A stretch of DNA of 64,000 bases, taken from NCBI RefSeq assembly GCF_009914755.1, contig NC_060927.1. One strand, written 5' to 3'. The notes under the pieces were generated by a model. That model searched no databases, was not told the DNA's origin, and saw only the letters and a list, made by a program, of their open reading frames with translations. Origin of the DNA: the human T2T-CHM13v2.0 reference genome, Homo sapiens. How positions within the stretch are numbered: position 1 is the first letter of the stretch; each line of letters begins with the position of its first letter. Shown here piece by piece: positions 25,113 through 39,077 of the stretch. The translations under genes and the position numbers were made by a program.

Positions 25113-25404
25113 AGAAAATTATTCTTTCTTAAAACTTGTCTACATCCAAGCAAGAATATAGAACAGAGACTATTTAATTTTGTAACCCAGAATCAGACTA
25201 GTCCCACAAAACTGTGGACAGTCTTCCAGATTGCGTGTGTTGAAAATAGTTGAAAAGGAAGAGTACTGCATAATCTTTTTTCTGCTAAGGAGTCTGAAAC
25301 ATAGACTAAAAAGAAAAAAAAAGTTTGCTAGAATGTCACTGTTAAAATGTATGTTATTAGAAGTTGTTTTAAAAACTCTACTATTAGAAAATATTGGTGG
25401 TTAT

Positions 25405-25830
25405 TTGTTAGGAAGCATTAAACTAGAAGTGACAGAAAATTTTGACTCAGCAATAAAAAATACTTATCTCTTAAAACAAAAAGTCCTCAGGTAGGGCCTA
25501 ATGGAGTATTCTAAAGACATAATGAAGGACCTTCAATCCTCAGTATAACAGCTTAGCTTTTGACATAATGGGAAGATCGTTGCTACAATTTCAGACATTA
25601 TACGCAGTCATTTTTCTATCCAGTAAAAGGAAAAAAAGAAAAAAAGAAACCTTTTCCAGGAGATTTGAGAAGACATCTTCCTATATTCCTTGGCCAGTAT
25701 TATGTCACATCTCTAAGGTTAAACCAATGGCAAGTAAGGGGAGTAAGGCCACCATGACTGCCTTAGGCAAATCAGAAATTACCCTTGGACCTAAGAAAAG
25801 TGACATCCTTCCCTGAGTGGCAATGGGGAT
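25405..25830 (-). mobile_element. Old MaLR LTR (MLT1K/L-like)
   Basis: ATTCCTTGGCCAGTATTATGTCACAT...AAACCAATGGCAAGTAAGGGG...ACCATGACTGCCTTAGGCAAATCAG. Confidence 0.5.
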
Positions 25831-27569
25831 TTTGCTATCAATAAAGGGGATTAAGGAAGCAATTAATCATATCTGGGAAATTCTTTTGCTGAATTTACCA
25901 ATACATATTTTGTTTCTTATGAAAGTGTAACTCAAGGCAAGTTAATAATCTTTAGTGGAATTTATAACATTGATAGGATAAGGCCCATATGACTAAGGCA
26001 AATAACAAGGGATTAGACCAGAAAAAAAAATTCATGTAGTGAAGATTTCATACTCATCTGACACATTTATGTTAATGGGAACTGGCAAAGGGGGTTAGGG
26101 AGACTCAGTAGTTAAGGAGATGAAAGAGAAGGGAAGGTACTGAAAACACAATGTTTAAGGCGACAAATTTATCTTCTCATTTTGTTCTTAATTTAGACAA
26201 GCACAAAGAATTCAAAACATCTTTGCTCAGATTTTACAGATTCCAGGCAAATAGTTTTTCCTTCTATATTTCCCTCTCTTCATTCTGCAATAAATTTAAC
26301 AAATATTGTTCTAGCTGACTGGACTGTGGCCATGAATGACATGGGAGAGAAATGTAAGGCAGGGTAATAAAGCAGGTGGGGTACACTTTAAAATCATGTA
26401 TTTACATCACACTGTGTTGAAATGATATTTGAGCAAAGACTTTCTACTGTTCAAATCAGTTTGGTCTTAGTGTTAAGTTGTAACAAAAGTGTGAAGTCTT
26501 TGAGATAATAAACATCCCTCACAAAATATGAAAATGTACTTATTAACTATTCTATAAAATCTATTTTGTTAAACTATGTTAGAAAAACCTTTTATTCTAA
26601 TTTCTCTTTAAGTATCTCTAGAGGTAGCTTTTGGTTTCTGATATGTACTAAAAATTACCATGAAAATTGATTTCTTCCTTAAATTATAACCAGTTCTAGG
26701 TTTATTCAAGCTACTATGTATTCTTTTAAGTTCTGCCACTCACTTGGCTAAACACTTGGCTTTCTAACTGGCTAAAATAGAGCCTCCTTATTTTCTTTCT
26801 GGGAAGGCTATTGTTCACTAAATGGAAGACTTGAGAAGAAGAGGGACACAAGTTTATGAGGAATTGAAAGGTGAAGGCTTCACCCACTTCCAAAATAGCC
26901 AATAATCAATCTTAGTGATCAAAGGTGTAAAAGATTGCCTTAGTATCCAGGTGGCTCTCTAGAAAAGCTATTGATTTATTTTCTGTGAAATAGAGAAAGC
27001 AGTACTCTTGGGCATAATTTTAAATCAATCAATGTTTATTTTTGATGTCTTTTGATGCCTTCCTCTTATACATTCTCTGGATACCTAATGCACTTGTTAT
27101 CTGGTTATCCTTTCCCAAATTGTCCTAGGCTTTGAAGGTTTTGAATCTCTTCTTGTCATCCTTGTACATAGACCTCTAGGTCCATGCCAGGTTACAGTAC
27201 TAACTTGATAGATTATTTTGCACAAAAGCAAATATAGAAAAGGATATTATCATTTGTTCTAAGTTATATGCTCAGATTTTTTCATGAGTCTTGTACATCT
27301 TAATCCAAATGGAGGAGTGGATAGTAATAGACATACAGGAAGCATCTTATAAAACAGGTGTGCTTCAAATCATAGTTCTGGCCAGAACATGAAGGCAGCA
27401 CTCCCTAGGTTTTACTCTGTAGAAAATATTTCCTCTTCAATTTGTTTTCTATCTCTCATTTCTAGAAATTTGAATTGCAGTATGATGTAATAGAGATTTT
27501 AAAAACTCCTATAGGCAGGATATAGAAGTTTTAATGAATTGATTGATAGTGTGGAACTTAGATTATAAG

Positions 27570-27834
27570 GCATACTACTCCCACCTAGAATTATTAGCAT
27601 CCCCCTCCCCACCACTGCTAGAAATGTTTGGAAAATTGGGGGTATTTTAGAAGCAACACATACTTTGGGTGAGATCTCATACTAGTGGATGGAGATGCAA
27701 CACATACTTTGGGTGAGGTCTCATACTTGTGGATGGAGATGAGCATGTTGAATATTCTTCAAGCGTAAGGGAATTTGTGTATTATAAAAACCTCCCACCC
27801 AAAATGCCCATAGTGCTCTTGTAAAGAAATGCTG
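27570..27834. mobile_element. MER20-related hAT element, diverged
   Basis: GAAATGTTTGGAAA.. and terminal CCCACCCAAAATGCCCATAGTGCTCTTGTAAAGAAATGCTG resemble a MER20/MER20B end. Confidence 0.4.
27653..27740. repeat. 44-bp tandem duplication (2 copies, 2 mismatches)
   Basis: GCAACACATACTTTGGGTGAG(A/G)TCTCATACT(A/T)GTGGATGGAGAT at 27653-27696 and 27697-27740. Confidence 0.97.
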
Positions 27835-28019
27835 AAACATGTAAGTTGGTAGGAGCAGTGAAGGGAGGAGAAATAACACTATTGAATATGTGGTGGTGAA
27901 AGCAAGCAGGTGTGGTGGCTAGGTTAGGGGAAGTAGGAAAGAAGACAAACAAGCATGGGCAAAGTATCTGATCTGCTTCAAATACAAATGTAGGTAACCT
28001 TTTTATACTTTTCACATTA

Positions 28020-28163
28020 ACAGAGCAATTCTCATTTTTACCACTGAAAACACTGAAGCTCAGAGATGTTAAATAATTCATACAAATTCAACATATTAGT
28101 AAGGGATGAAGTCAATATTCAAACACAGTTTCATTTAACTCTAGAGTTCACATCCTTTCTCCT
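28020..28163 (-). mobile_element. MIR SINE
   Basis: CTCATTTTTACCACTGAAAACACTGAAGCTCAGAGATGTTAAATAATT: reverse MIR core. Confidence 0.7.
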
Positions 28164-28438
28164 AGAGTGAAGGACACCAAAGCACTGCTCTGATCCCAAA
28201 TGTAATTCATTGATTTATTTGCTTTACAAACACTATATATAAATATATATACTTCCCCTACAAACTTGTTTTGTCTATGGTGTCAGGATTTGTGTAAAAA
28301 TATTGGATGCCAATAATATGTTTATTCGTAATAACACATTATACATAATAAAATAAAACAAAAGTAGTATTTTATTCTCTCTCTGAGGCTTCAGATGACT
28401 AGTGTGCTGAAGAATGAAAGCCCAGGCTGATATGATAA

Positions 28439-28983
28439 TGTGATAGATTAACTGATTGCATTCTTGGCCCCAATTCATAAATTAATGGCCTCCGTTTAGC
28501 CCAGCTATCGGCCCTGTAACTTTATAGTCCCCTCCTAAGCTGACTCTGAACTGGCCTTGTGACTTGCCTTAGCCAAGAGAAAGCTACAGGAGTCATGGTG
28601 CTCTAATTATAGCCCTAAATCTTAAAAGGTCTTGCATTCCTTCCCTATCTTTCTTGTTTCCTCTTTGGACCCTGCTACCTCCACAAGAACAAGACTGGAC
28701 TAGCTACTAGAATACAAGAAACCATATGGAACACAGCCCAGTTATCTCAGTCAAAGCCATCCTGGACTATTCTATGGCAAGATGATCTCAAACATATGTG
28801 ATAGACTAGAAAATCCATCTACATCTCTCTTAACTGTCTCTAGACATGACATATGAGGGAGCACAGTTGAGAACAAAACTATTGTGCAGCTGACCTATAG
28901 ACATATGAACATTAAAAATAATTGTCATTTTTAGTCATTAATATTTGGAGTGGCTTGTTACATAGCAATAGACAACTAATACC
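28439..28983 (+). mobile_element. MaLR solo LTR (MLT1G/H-like)
   Basis: TGACTCTGAACTGGCCTTGTGACTTGCCTTAGCCAA...TTTGGAGTGGCTTGTTACATAGCAATAGACAACTAATAC terminus. Confidence 0.8.
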
Positions 28984-31039
28984 AACGGCTTTCTTGAGTT
29001 ATTTTTAATGACTAGTGTTAATGTCCCATGAGAACCAACACTGCTTTAGCTTCTCAGGACCTGGCAATTCCGAGTGCATCAGTAGACCATATTCTTAATA
29101 TAGATCTGGCAAACCCATCAAGGGAATGAGAGCATTAACTCATGAGAGCTCCTTCAGGAAGCTTCAAGGTCAGGAGCCATCTGCTAAGGGGAGCTATCTA
29201 ACAAGGAAGGACTTGGTACATAGATGATACATAAATAAATTGATCTGCTAAAAACATGAGTCATTCCTTTGGGGTACCCTAGCCAGTGAACATTTCCTTT
29301 ACTCAAGCTTCTGATAGTTGAGTTATTATAATTAAGAATTGAAAAATTTGTTCAAATTTTGGATCCTTAGGATAATAAGGCATTTGGCCTACCAGTTATA
29401 CAAGCAAAGCTATCTTTCAATGCAATTAAACACATGTGTCTGGAATGGTTCAGCTGAAGCCAGGGTGTTTGTCCAAATGACTTTTTGGCATCCTTTCTGA
29501 CCCATAAATTCATAACTTTAAACAGAATTTTTCCAAAGGAATTGCCTATTCTTTATAGCACATTATTACTTATAATTGATACTTAACAAATTTTATATAA
29601 TTCAGATCCCATGTTTTAAAAAATTCACTAAATCCCTAAAGCTCATTATTGGGCAATAAGCATGCAATAAACCTGGAAGCCATTTTCAAAGAAAAAGAAG
29701 ATTTACGTGGGAGGATCTAAAGTCTAGGAATCACAATAATCAAATCTTGTGGTCAGGAGACATTAGTTGCTGCTGTGAGGTCTCTGGAACATAAACATGG
29801 CTGAAACCCACATTGAACCAATAGCTTACATCAACAAGTTTTGTACTATGTCCTACACAAACAGATTGGGTGGAAAGAGAAATCTTCCAAATTAAATCAG
29901 CTCATCATTTCCAGACAACATTCTTGTAACCCTACTGCCATCCAAATTAGGGAGAAGGTGAAGAAGGAAGATTGGAGCCTCAATAAAACATCTTATAACC
30001 ACCAAAATGTCAGCTTTCCTGGTTTGGAATTAAGTAGGGTTGGCTTGTTCACCCAAGAATGTTCCTATGAGTGTCCTGGAAAACAATAAAAAATACTAAG
30101 AAAATATTTAAGAATAAGCTATAGACTCATATTTTACTAATATGTTCTGCGTCTATAGTAATACTTTGTTAAAAACATTTTTCGTAGCATGAATGATAAA
30201 AGTATTAGTTCATGAAAATATGTTATGTGAAGTTTATATACGTGTGATTACTATTACAAGTCAAACCCTGTCATAACAAATAAACACTTGTATAAAGTAT
30301 TATCCAAATCTTACTTATTCGATCACTTGTTTCTCATATAAATATTTGAAAAAATTAACTTCCTTTAAAATAAAGGAAGGCAAATGTCTCTCTTCCTAAT
30401 TTCATTTTAATCAAATCTTATCTGAATAAATAATAAAAATATGAAGCAGCCAATTAGTTTGCAAACAATGTACTATGAATGTTTTATAACTTAGAAAGTA
30501 TCTCATCAACCTAACAGTCTCAGCTAATGGAAAGTTTTTGGTTGAAACATGAAGTCAATACTACCTAAATGTGCAGTTTCACCATTTCAAACAAAGATTA
30601 CTATTTAAATTTTATTATTTGTTTTAAATATTCATCTAAATAATGTTACAGATGTTAACAAATTGTACATTTTACAAAAGGTTATAAGGAATTGCAATAG
30701 CCTCTCGCTCTCATCTCTTCCTACTAATCCTCTTATTTCACAAATCATAAGAAAAAATGGGTTTTATTCCATCAAAGTAAGTATTTTTGTTTCAATGAAG
30801 GACACTATAGACAAAATCAACAGCTACTTCATAGACCAGAAAGCAATATTTAAAATACCTAAAGCATCTAAAGATTAACAGTAAAAACATAAAAGGAACT
30901 CTTGAAAATCAAAATGAAAAAAATTAGAAAATGCTATGGATAAAGGGCTACAGGTTATGAACAGATCCATCACAGGAAAGAAAATTAGAATGCCTAAGAA
31001 GTAGACAAAGATATGACTAAACTCACTTTTAATAAGATG

Positions 31040-31848
<809 letters not shown>

Positions 31849-32361
31849 CTACTTCTCACACATCAGATTGGTAAAAGGCATGAAATTTGAATAGGGTTGG
31901 TAAGGATGTAAGAAAGCAAAAACCTTAATGCACTTATATATAGGTAATATAAATATTGAAAGGACTCTGGTGAAGCAAAGAAATAAGTAGGATTTGCTTT
32001 CTGACACAATATTTGTGATTATACATTCCAGAAATATTTTTGAAAAGCTCCCTAGGTGAACCTCTAAGAAAATATTTTTTGCAGTATTTTTTGTGGCAGT
32101 GAAGCTATGAAGGCATCTTATATGACAATCACTGTGGAATTCAGCAAGTAAAACAGGGTGGATTTATATTGAATCTCATAAAGCTAGTAGAATCAATGAC
32201 ATAAATATACTCATGGAAACATGAAAACATTTTTAAAAACATAATGTTGACTGAAATAAAGCCAAAATGAAATAAATAAGCAATATAGCTCAATACACTT
32301 AATGTAAATGAAAATAACACATCTGACTTAATAAAAAACTTTTCCAAAAAAAAAAAAAAAT

Positions 32362-33800
32362 TGGAGAGGCAAAGCAAGATGGCCAAATAAAAGGCTCCAG
32401 TAGTCATCTGTCCCACAGGAGCACCTAATTTAACAACTATCTACCTACACAAAAACACCTTCATGAGGACCAAAAATCAAATGAGCACTCACAGTACCTT
32501 GTTTTAACTCCATATCTGAAAGAGGCACTGAAGAAAGTAGGAAAGACAGTCTTGAATTACTGATGCCATCCCTTCCCCATTCACCCACAGAAGTGCCTTG
32601 CCACAGAGAAAATCTGTGCACTCAGGAGAGGAGAACACAGTGACTGTGAGTCTTTGCATTGATCTCATTGCTGTCTTGTCATAGCAGAAAGCAAAACTAG
32701 GTTGGAACTAAGCTCACATCAATCTACGGAGGGCACATTTAGAATAGCACTATCCAGAGGGGAATTGCCCATCCCAGTGGCTGGAAGTTGAGTTCCAGCA
32801 AGCCTTGTCACTGTACTCTAAAGTACTTTGAGGCCCTAAATAAATTTGAAAGGCAGTCTAGGCTACGAGGACTGCAACTCCTAGACAAATCATATTGCTG
32901 AGCCAGGTGTGGAGCTGGTGGATTCGGGGGGCATGCAGACTACTGAGACACCACCCGGAGTGGCTAAGGCAGTGGTTGTGCAACGCTGCACAGCTGCAAA
33001 CTGCAGCTCCAAAAGAGACCCCTTCCTTCCACTTGAGGAGAGGAGAGGGAAGAGTAAAGAGCACTTTATCTTGCATCTTGGATATCAGCTAAGCCACGGT
33101 AGGATAAGGCACAGTCAGAGTCATGAGGCTCCCATTCCAGGCCTAACTACCAGATGACATATCTATGCATGCCCTGGGCCAGAAGGGAACCTGTTGCCTT
33201 GAAGGAAATGACTCAATCCTGTCAGGATCCATCACCTGCTGAAAGAGCTCTTGGGCCCTGAATAATAAACAGTGATACCTAGGTAGTAAGCCAACGGGAT
33301 TCAGTGAGGCTCTGAGATGTGCTGGCTTCAGGTGACACCCAGCATATTCACGGTGGCTGTGATGGGAAACTCCGTCTGCTTGACAGAAGCAGAGGAAAAA
33401 GTAAAGGGGACTTTGTCTTGCATCTGAGATACCAGCTTGGCTGCAGGAGGGAAAAGCACCAAGTGGGCTCTTGGAGTCCTTGATTCCAGGCAGTGGGTCC
33501 AGAATGGCATTTCTGGACCTTCCCTAGGCCAGATGGGAGGCCCCTTCCCTGAAGGGGGGGTCTCAGGCCAGGCAGCATTCACAACAAGCTGACTGAAGAG
33601 CCCTTGGATCGTAAAGGGACATTGGTAGCCTGGCAGTACTCTCTATGGGCCTTTGGTGGTGTTAGCCACAGGGGGAGACTCCTCTGCATGTGGAAAAGGG
33701 AGGAAAGAGTGGGAAGGACTGCATCTCACGGTTTGAGTGCCATTTCAGTCACAATAGACCACCAGGCTGATATCTAAGGTTCTTGAATTCAGTCTCTGGC
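32362..33800 (+). mobile_element. L1 5' UTR (L1MA1-3/L1M1-type), 3' part missing
   Basis: GAGAGGCAAAGCAAGATGGCCAAATA...CACCTTCATGAGGACCAAAAATC; internal repeat AGTAAAG..ACTTT.TCTTGCATCT at about 33053 and 33400. Confidence 0.85.
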
Positions 33801-33969
33801 TTATTGTTAATCTCTTACTGCACCTAATTTATACATTAAACTTTATCATAGCTCGTATGCGTAGGGAAAACCACAGTGTATATAGGGTTTGGTCCTATCT
33901 GCAGTTTCACTAGGAATCTTTATCCACTGACAGTCTTGGAATGTACTCAAGAATAAGGAGTGAATACTG
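33801..33969 (+). mobile_element. MER44 right half only
   Basis: TTGTTAATCTCTTACTGCACCTAATTTATACATTAAACTTTATCATAG...GTCTTGGAATGT...ATACTG, homologous to 22506-22648. Confidence 0.85.
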
Positions 33970-34430
33970 TGATATCTAAGATCAGCAGAAAATTTTTGGT
34001 TTACTTTTCACTTTGCTATAAAGGTCACTTATTGTAGCTCTTGTTTAGTTTAGACCAATTAACATTTTCAACAGGTTTTGTGGAACAGCCAATATAATGA
34101 AAATACAAACTGAAATTGTAAAATATGCTGCACATGTATTGACTTGGGTCTGGATGATTAACCTTGATTGATACTATAGTCTAGTTAACATAATTAGTTA
34201 GCCATAGTACGTATACCTCATGTTGTCTTTAGCACAAGAGATAATAATTTTGTGGAAAACTAAGTTTTATTTGGAAAATTACCACTTTCAATACAAATAC
34301 TCAGAGAAACTTTCAACTCCACCTAAGTAAATCATCTTGAGAATAATATCTTAGTGATAATACAAATTAATAATTGCAGTGGGTCAAGTGGGAGTTTTAA
34401 AAATTCAAGAAGCAAACCAAAAAATTATCA

Positions 34431-34620
34431 CAGTCTGGGCAACATGGAGAGACCTTATCTCTACAAAAAGGAAAAATAAATAAATATGCTGGGCATGGTA
34501 GTGCTCACCTGTGATACAAGATGCTCAGAAGATTGAGGTAGGAAGATCCTTTGAGACAAGGAGGTAGAAGCTGCCATTAGAATGGAGACCCTGTCTCAAA
34601 GGAAAAAAAAAAAAAAAAAA
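34431..34620 (+). mobile_element. 5'-truncated, internally deleted AluJ
   Basis: CAGTCTGGGCAACATGGAGAGACCTTATCTCTAC, right arm, GAGACCCTGTCTCAAA plus A tail. Confidence 0.85.
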
Positions 34621-34918
34621 CTGGGCGTGGTGGCTCACGCCTATAATACCAGTAGTTTGGGAGGCCAAAGTGGCAGGATAACTTCAGCCCAGGAGTTCGA
34701 AACCAGCCTCCTCAACATAAGTGAGACCTTGTCTCTACAAAAAAATAGAAAAATTAGCCAGGCCTGGTGATGCCTACCTGGACTTCTGGTCCCAGCTACT
34801 CAAGTGGGGCTGAGGTGGGAGGACCGCTTAGGCCTGGGAGGTCTAGGCTGCAGTGAGCTGTGATTGTACCACTGCACTCCAGCCTGGGTGACAGAGCGGG
34901 GCACCGTCTAAATAAATC
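34621..34918 (+). mobile_element. AluJ directly following the A tail of the previous Alu
   Basis: CTGGGCGTGGTGGCTCACGCC...GGCTGCAGTGAGCTGTGATTGTACCACTGCACTCCAGCCTGGG. Confidence 0.93.
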
Positions 34919-36819
34919 AATGAAATTCATGACACTCAGTGTGATTCAAAAGGGGCAATGAAGTTGTGCTTATCCTGCAGATGTCAGCTGGTTCCCTTAA
35001 GTCATCATATATTGTTGTTACCTTTTTATTTCGTGAGTATAGATAGGTGACTGGCTGTATGACCTAGAATGTGTCCTTAAAATTATTTTCAAGGAAAGCA
35101 AATTATGTGGTTTTGAGAGGAAAAAGTTTTCAATTTCAAGTAGAAAATGGATTATGTATTAATCCATAAAATTTTATATGCTAGTCCCCAATTATACTTT
35201 GTATAGCTATAGTATTACATGTTTTGAGCATAGGAATGAATCTCTGTCTAGTCATCCCAGTCATTTATCTTTTATTTTCCCCATAGTATAAGACAAGAAG
35301 TAAGATGGATGAGCTGCCACTTTTCCACAGAGGGATACCAGTGAGATACAGACATTCCTGATGTAGGTTTTGGCAGTAGATGTAGGTTGGCATAAAACTC
35401 TTCAAAATTTCCTTAAATAACACTGATTAAAGGTTTATATGCCAACCTCTGCTCTTGACTGCATCTCTTTTGTAAAGGTTCTGGATAAATTTTGAATTTC
35501 GTTTGATTGGTAGGCTTATTCAATTGCAGAAAAAGCTGCTTTTTCCCGTCACACACATTCTTGCCTTTTCCAAATTAGCACTATCCTCATACCTTGGAAG
35601 GTACAGCTAGGTTGAGTAACAAATCCCTGAAGCAAATCTCTTTGAAAAATAAAAATCAATTTTTCACACTTTCAAAAATGCATAATAATTTGGAGTTTGT
35701 CTACAGGGAGGTATTACTTTCTCAACCACAAGTTCCTTCCCTCTTGCTCAGTCTCCTTATTAGAAAACACTGTGTGTAAACCTTAGGTGCACAGAATACT
35801 ACTATGATTCACTCTGCAGAGTAGTACATGCTGTGAGTGTCCTGCCTAAAGCAATTGTTCTGCATTCCTTTGGGGTACTAGCATTCTCTGAACTAAAATT
35901 ATGCTTGAAAGCCTGATAATTTAATAAATCTTTTAATTGTGAGCTGTAAATTGTCAAGTTCCTTTTTAGTTTGGTGTTAACAATATTAGCTCTCTGCAAA
36001 GAGCGCACTGAAATGATTAGCTAGACAGCATCCTTTTAAAAGGCCAGACTATGGATTCTCTTTTTTGTACCATCTTCCAGAAGCAGCCAAATAATGTAGA
36101 CACTTTACTCTTATTATATTGAGGTGAAGAAAGCTGAAAGTCTACCACATTCTTGGAAAGAATCAAAGAGTTCATTCCTTATCTCAGAAATTGGGTTTGC
36201 ATTAATGTGCTGCCTTTAGGTATTTCAATCCATAGTACCAAGTATGTTCTTTCTTTTCTTGTACATAGCAACAATGCTGACACCAGAGATTTTTCTCTTT
36301 TTTTCTCATTTCATTATAATACATTTTCTATGTTAGCTATGAAGAGGTAAGGAGTCAACATTTTACTTTGAAAGTTTTGAAATTAATGCAGAAATTTTCA
36401 ATGGGTGTGTCACAAAGGGGTTTTGTAGTATCTATCTGACAACAGATAACTTTTTTTTGGCATTCATGTTATCAAAACAGGACAAATAGTTTTGTCCAGT
36501 TACTCAGGAAAGAATCACAGAGAGAAGACAGAGTTATACAATGGGTTAAAATTACATATATATGAAAAATTGGGGAGATAATTTGAATCCTTGATAGCAT
36601 GTCATAGCAACTTTATGCTTAATTTGAGTTTATTCAATTTTCAATATTTACACTTGAATATTAGTGCGTAATATAGGCACAGAAATTAATTCCAGGAGGC
36701 TTCACACTTTATTTTTATAATGCTTTATTTTTCCTGAAGACATAAATGTGCATGTTTCGATATTTATTTCTTTGCCTCAAGCAATACTGTCATCAACCTC
36801 CTGGTAGCAGCATTTTTTA

Positions 36820-37005
36820 TGGTTTGAAATCTCATCTAGGCTAACTGGCAGCTCTTTTAGCTTGGCTATACATTTTACATCCTGGAGTTCCTGTTTCTTT
36901 ATCTAGAAAATAAGTCAATAGCATGTTTTTTATGGTATTTTAAATATCAAATGAAATAATATATGAGAAGACAAAACATCTAGAAGTGTCTCATAAATGT
37001 TAGTC
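36820..37005 (+). mobile_element. MIR SINE
   Basis: CCTGTTTCTTTATCTAGAAAAT...ATCAAATGAAATAATATATG...CTCATAAATGTTAG. Confidence 0.55.
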
Positions 37006-37399
37006 CTTTCTCAATTAAAAAGCAAATGTTCATTCAAGGTATAACACAAAAACTAACTGGGCATTAAAAATATCAAGTACATTTGGTTTGCAAATAGCTG
37101 TGCCAATAACCTTAGTTTCTTAAGTACTAATTACCAGCGTCCTTTTGGAATATACAAAATGCATTAGATCTCTCTTAAATATATTTCTCATATAACAGCA
37201 GATAAAAGTGAACTCATAGTATGTTGTGAGGAATTTTATACTTCTTAGTTCTTTTGTATTCCTATTGCCTACAATTTCAGATTTTCAAAACTTTTTATCT
37301 GAATAGTGTTGTAGCCTTATTTTTAATTACTTTTTATATCTCTATTATTAATATTATAAAGATAAGTGATGATCTTAAAATTGTCTATAAAAATATCTT

Positions 37400-38710
37400 C
37401 AAAGGTTATTCATATCCCATTGAATATATCTGATTTTTTTCCATTTCAGCCTTTGGCTTCAAAATTTATAACCGTTATTTCCAGTTATTCCTATACATGT
37501 ACCTTATACTTCCGCCAAATTAAGCTCTTTCTCATCTCTAAACATGTCTTACGTGCCCTTACATTCTCTTACTCAAACCAACCTTTCGGTATGTGATAAC
37601 ATCGCCACCTGAAACAACCTCCTGCCTTTCATTCATTTGATAGAATTTTATGCATCTCTCGTAATCCAAGTCAAATGTGATGTCCTATACAAATGTATCC
37701 CTCGTGATACTGAGAAAATAATTCAATGTTCTTCTCTGCATTCTCTCTCTGTGTGTGTGTGTGTGTGTGTGTGTTTATCATATATATGTGGTAAAAAAAA
37801 ATATGGAAATTTCCCTGAGAGAGAGAGAGAGATTCATCTAACTTACGGCTATTAACATATTCCTAGTTTTTAGTTTACCTCCACATATGACTTTGGAGCT
37901 TTATTTACAATCATCTTTTTGATACTGGAAATACCTAGTATAATGAAATTAAATGAATCCCTTAATCCTTCTTCTGGATTAGAGTACTATGTCACAACAA
38001 TGAGTATTTTTAAATGAAAAGGAATTGAGAAGTAGAAGGAAGAAATAACCTGGTAGAATAGATGTCCTGTCAGGAACTTGATGAGCTGGTGCTGGGGTGG
38101 GGATTGTAAGTGAGCAGGTTCTGAGCAAAAACAACGGGAGCACAATGAATGGAAGTGTATATACAGGCGAGAGATACTATTTCATGTTCTTGGCTAATGG
38201 TAACTCTGTTCCTATAGAAAATGGTGATGTAGAGCAACTCGGCCACCGGAGAAAACAAGAAGACTGTTTTCAAATGCAAAACTTGACCTTTAAACTCCAT
38301 AAATGTTGCAGACTGTGCCCTAATAGCACACCTTTGCTCACACAATTGTGACACTGATCCTCTCAGAAACATTCAGATTCCTCTCATGACCTCTTTAGTC
38401 AATTGCAACTCTGTGTAGTGCCTGATCTATGATCTGGCACCTTTCAAAGTTGCCTTTGCCTATTCTGATGCAGATATTCAAAACTCTAGCCAAACTAGGC
38501 TGCTCCAATATTTCACACATGACCTAGTTTTCCACTGTCATACAGTTTCTCATATTCTTTGATCTGACTGAAATACACTTCCATCTAACTTGTCTTCATT
38601 CCCCACAATCTCCCTCTCTATTTATGTATTGAAATGCTACTCATGCTTCAAGACATAATTAAAATATCTGTTTTTATTTGAGGTCTTCTGAGATTCCTAG
38701 CAGTATGTCA
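37400..38710 (+). mobile_element. L2 fragments (about 37400-37960 and 38360-38710)
   Basis: Pyrimidine-rich L2-type motifs, e.g. CTCTAGCCAAACTAGGCTGCT and CTACTCATGCTTCAAGACATAATTAAAATATC; heavily diverged. Confidence 0.45.
37742..37774. repeat. (TC)n(TG)n compound microsatellite
   Basis: Seen directly. Confidence 0.95.
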
Positions 38711-39077
38711 CAAATAAGATATGATTTATTCTTCTTTGTACAAGCAAAATAATTTAAATAATTTGTAGAAATCATGGTATTCTGTTATAATGTGTGCATA
38801 CTTTTTAATATTCTTTATTAGTCTATGAATACCTAAACATGGAGTACACATTTTTAAAAATTGCACATTGAATGAGCTAAGAAATATCCAACGAATCCAC
38901 ATGTAAATGATAGGAACTGTTTTCATAAATAAAGTCAGAATAAAATTAAGAAAGTAAAATATTTGATTTTTATGTGAAATAGAAAATTTCATTCAATTGA
39001 GAGATTAATATGGAATATGTTAAACTGCAGTTTGCAACAAAACATCAATTGGTTAGTTTCACGGAGATAGAAAAGGT

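Noticed and set aside
38097-38351. 84-aa ORF with protein-like composition
   Set aside because: Non-ATG start, no recognisable homology, and no poly(A)/TSD to suggest a processed pseudogene.
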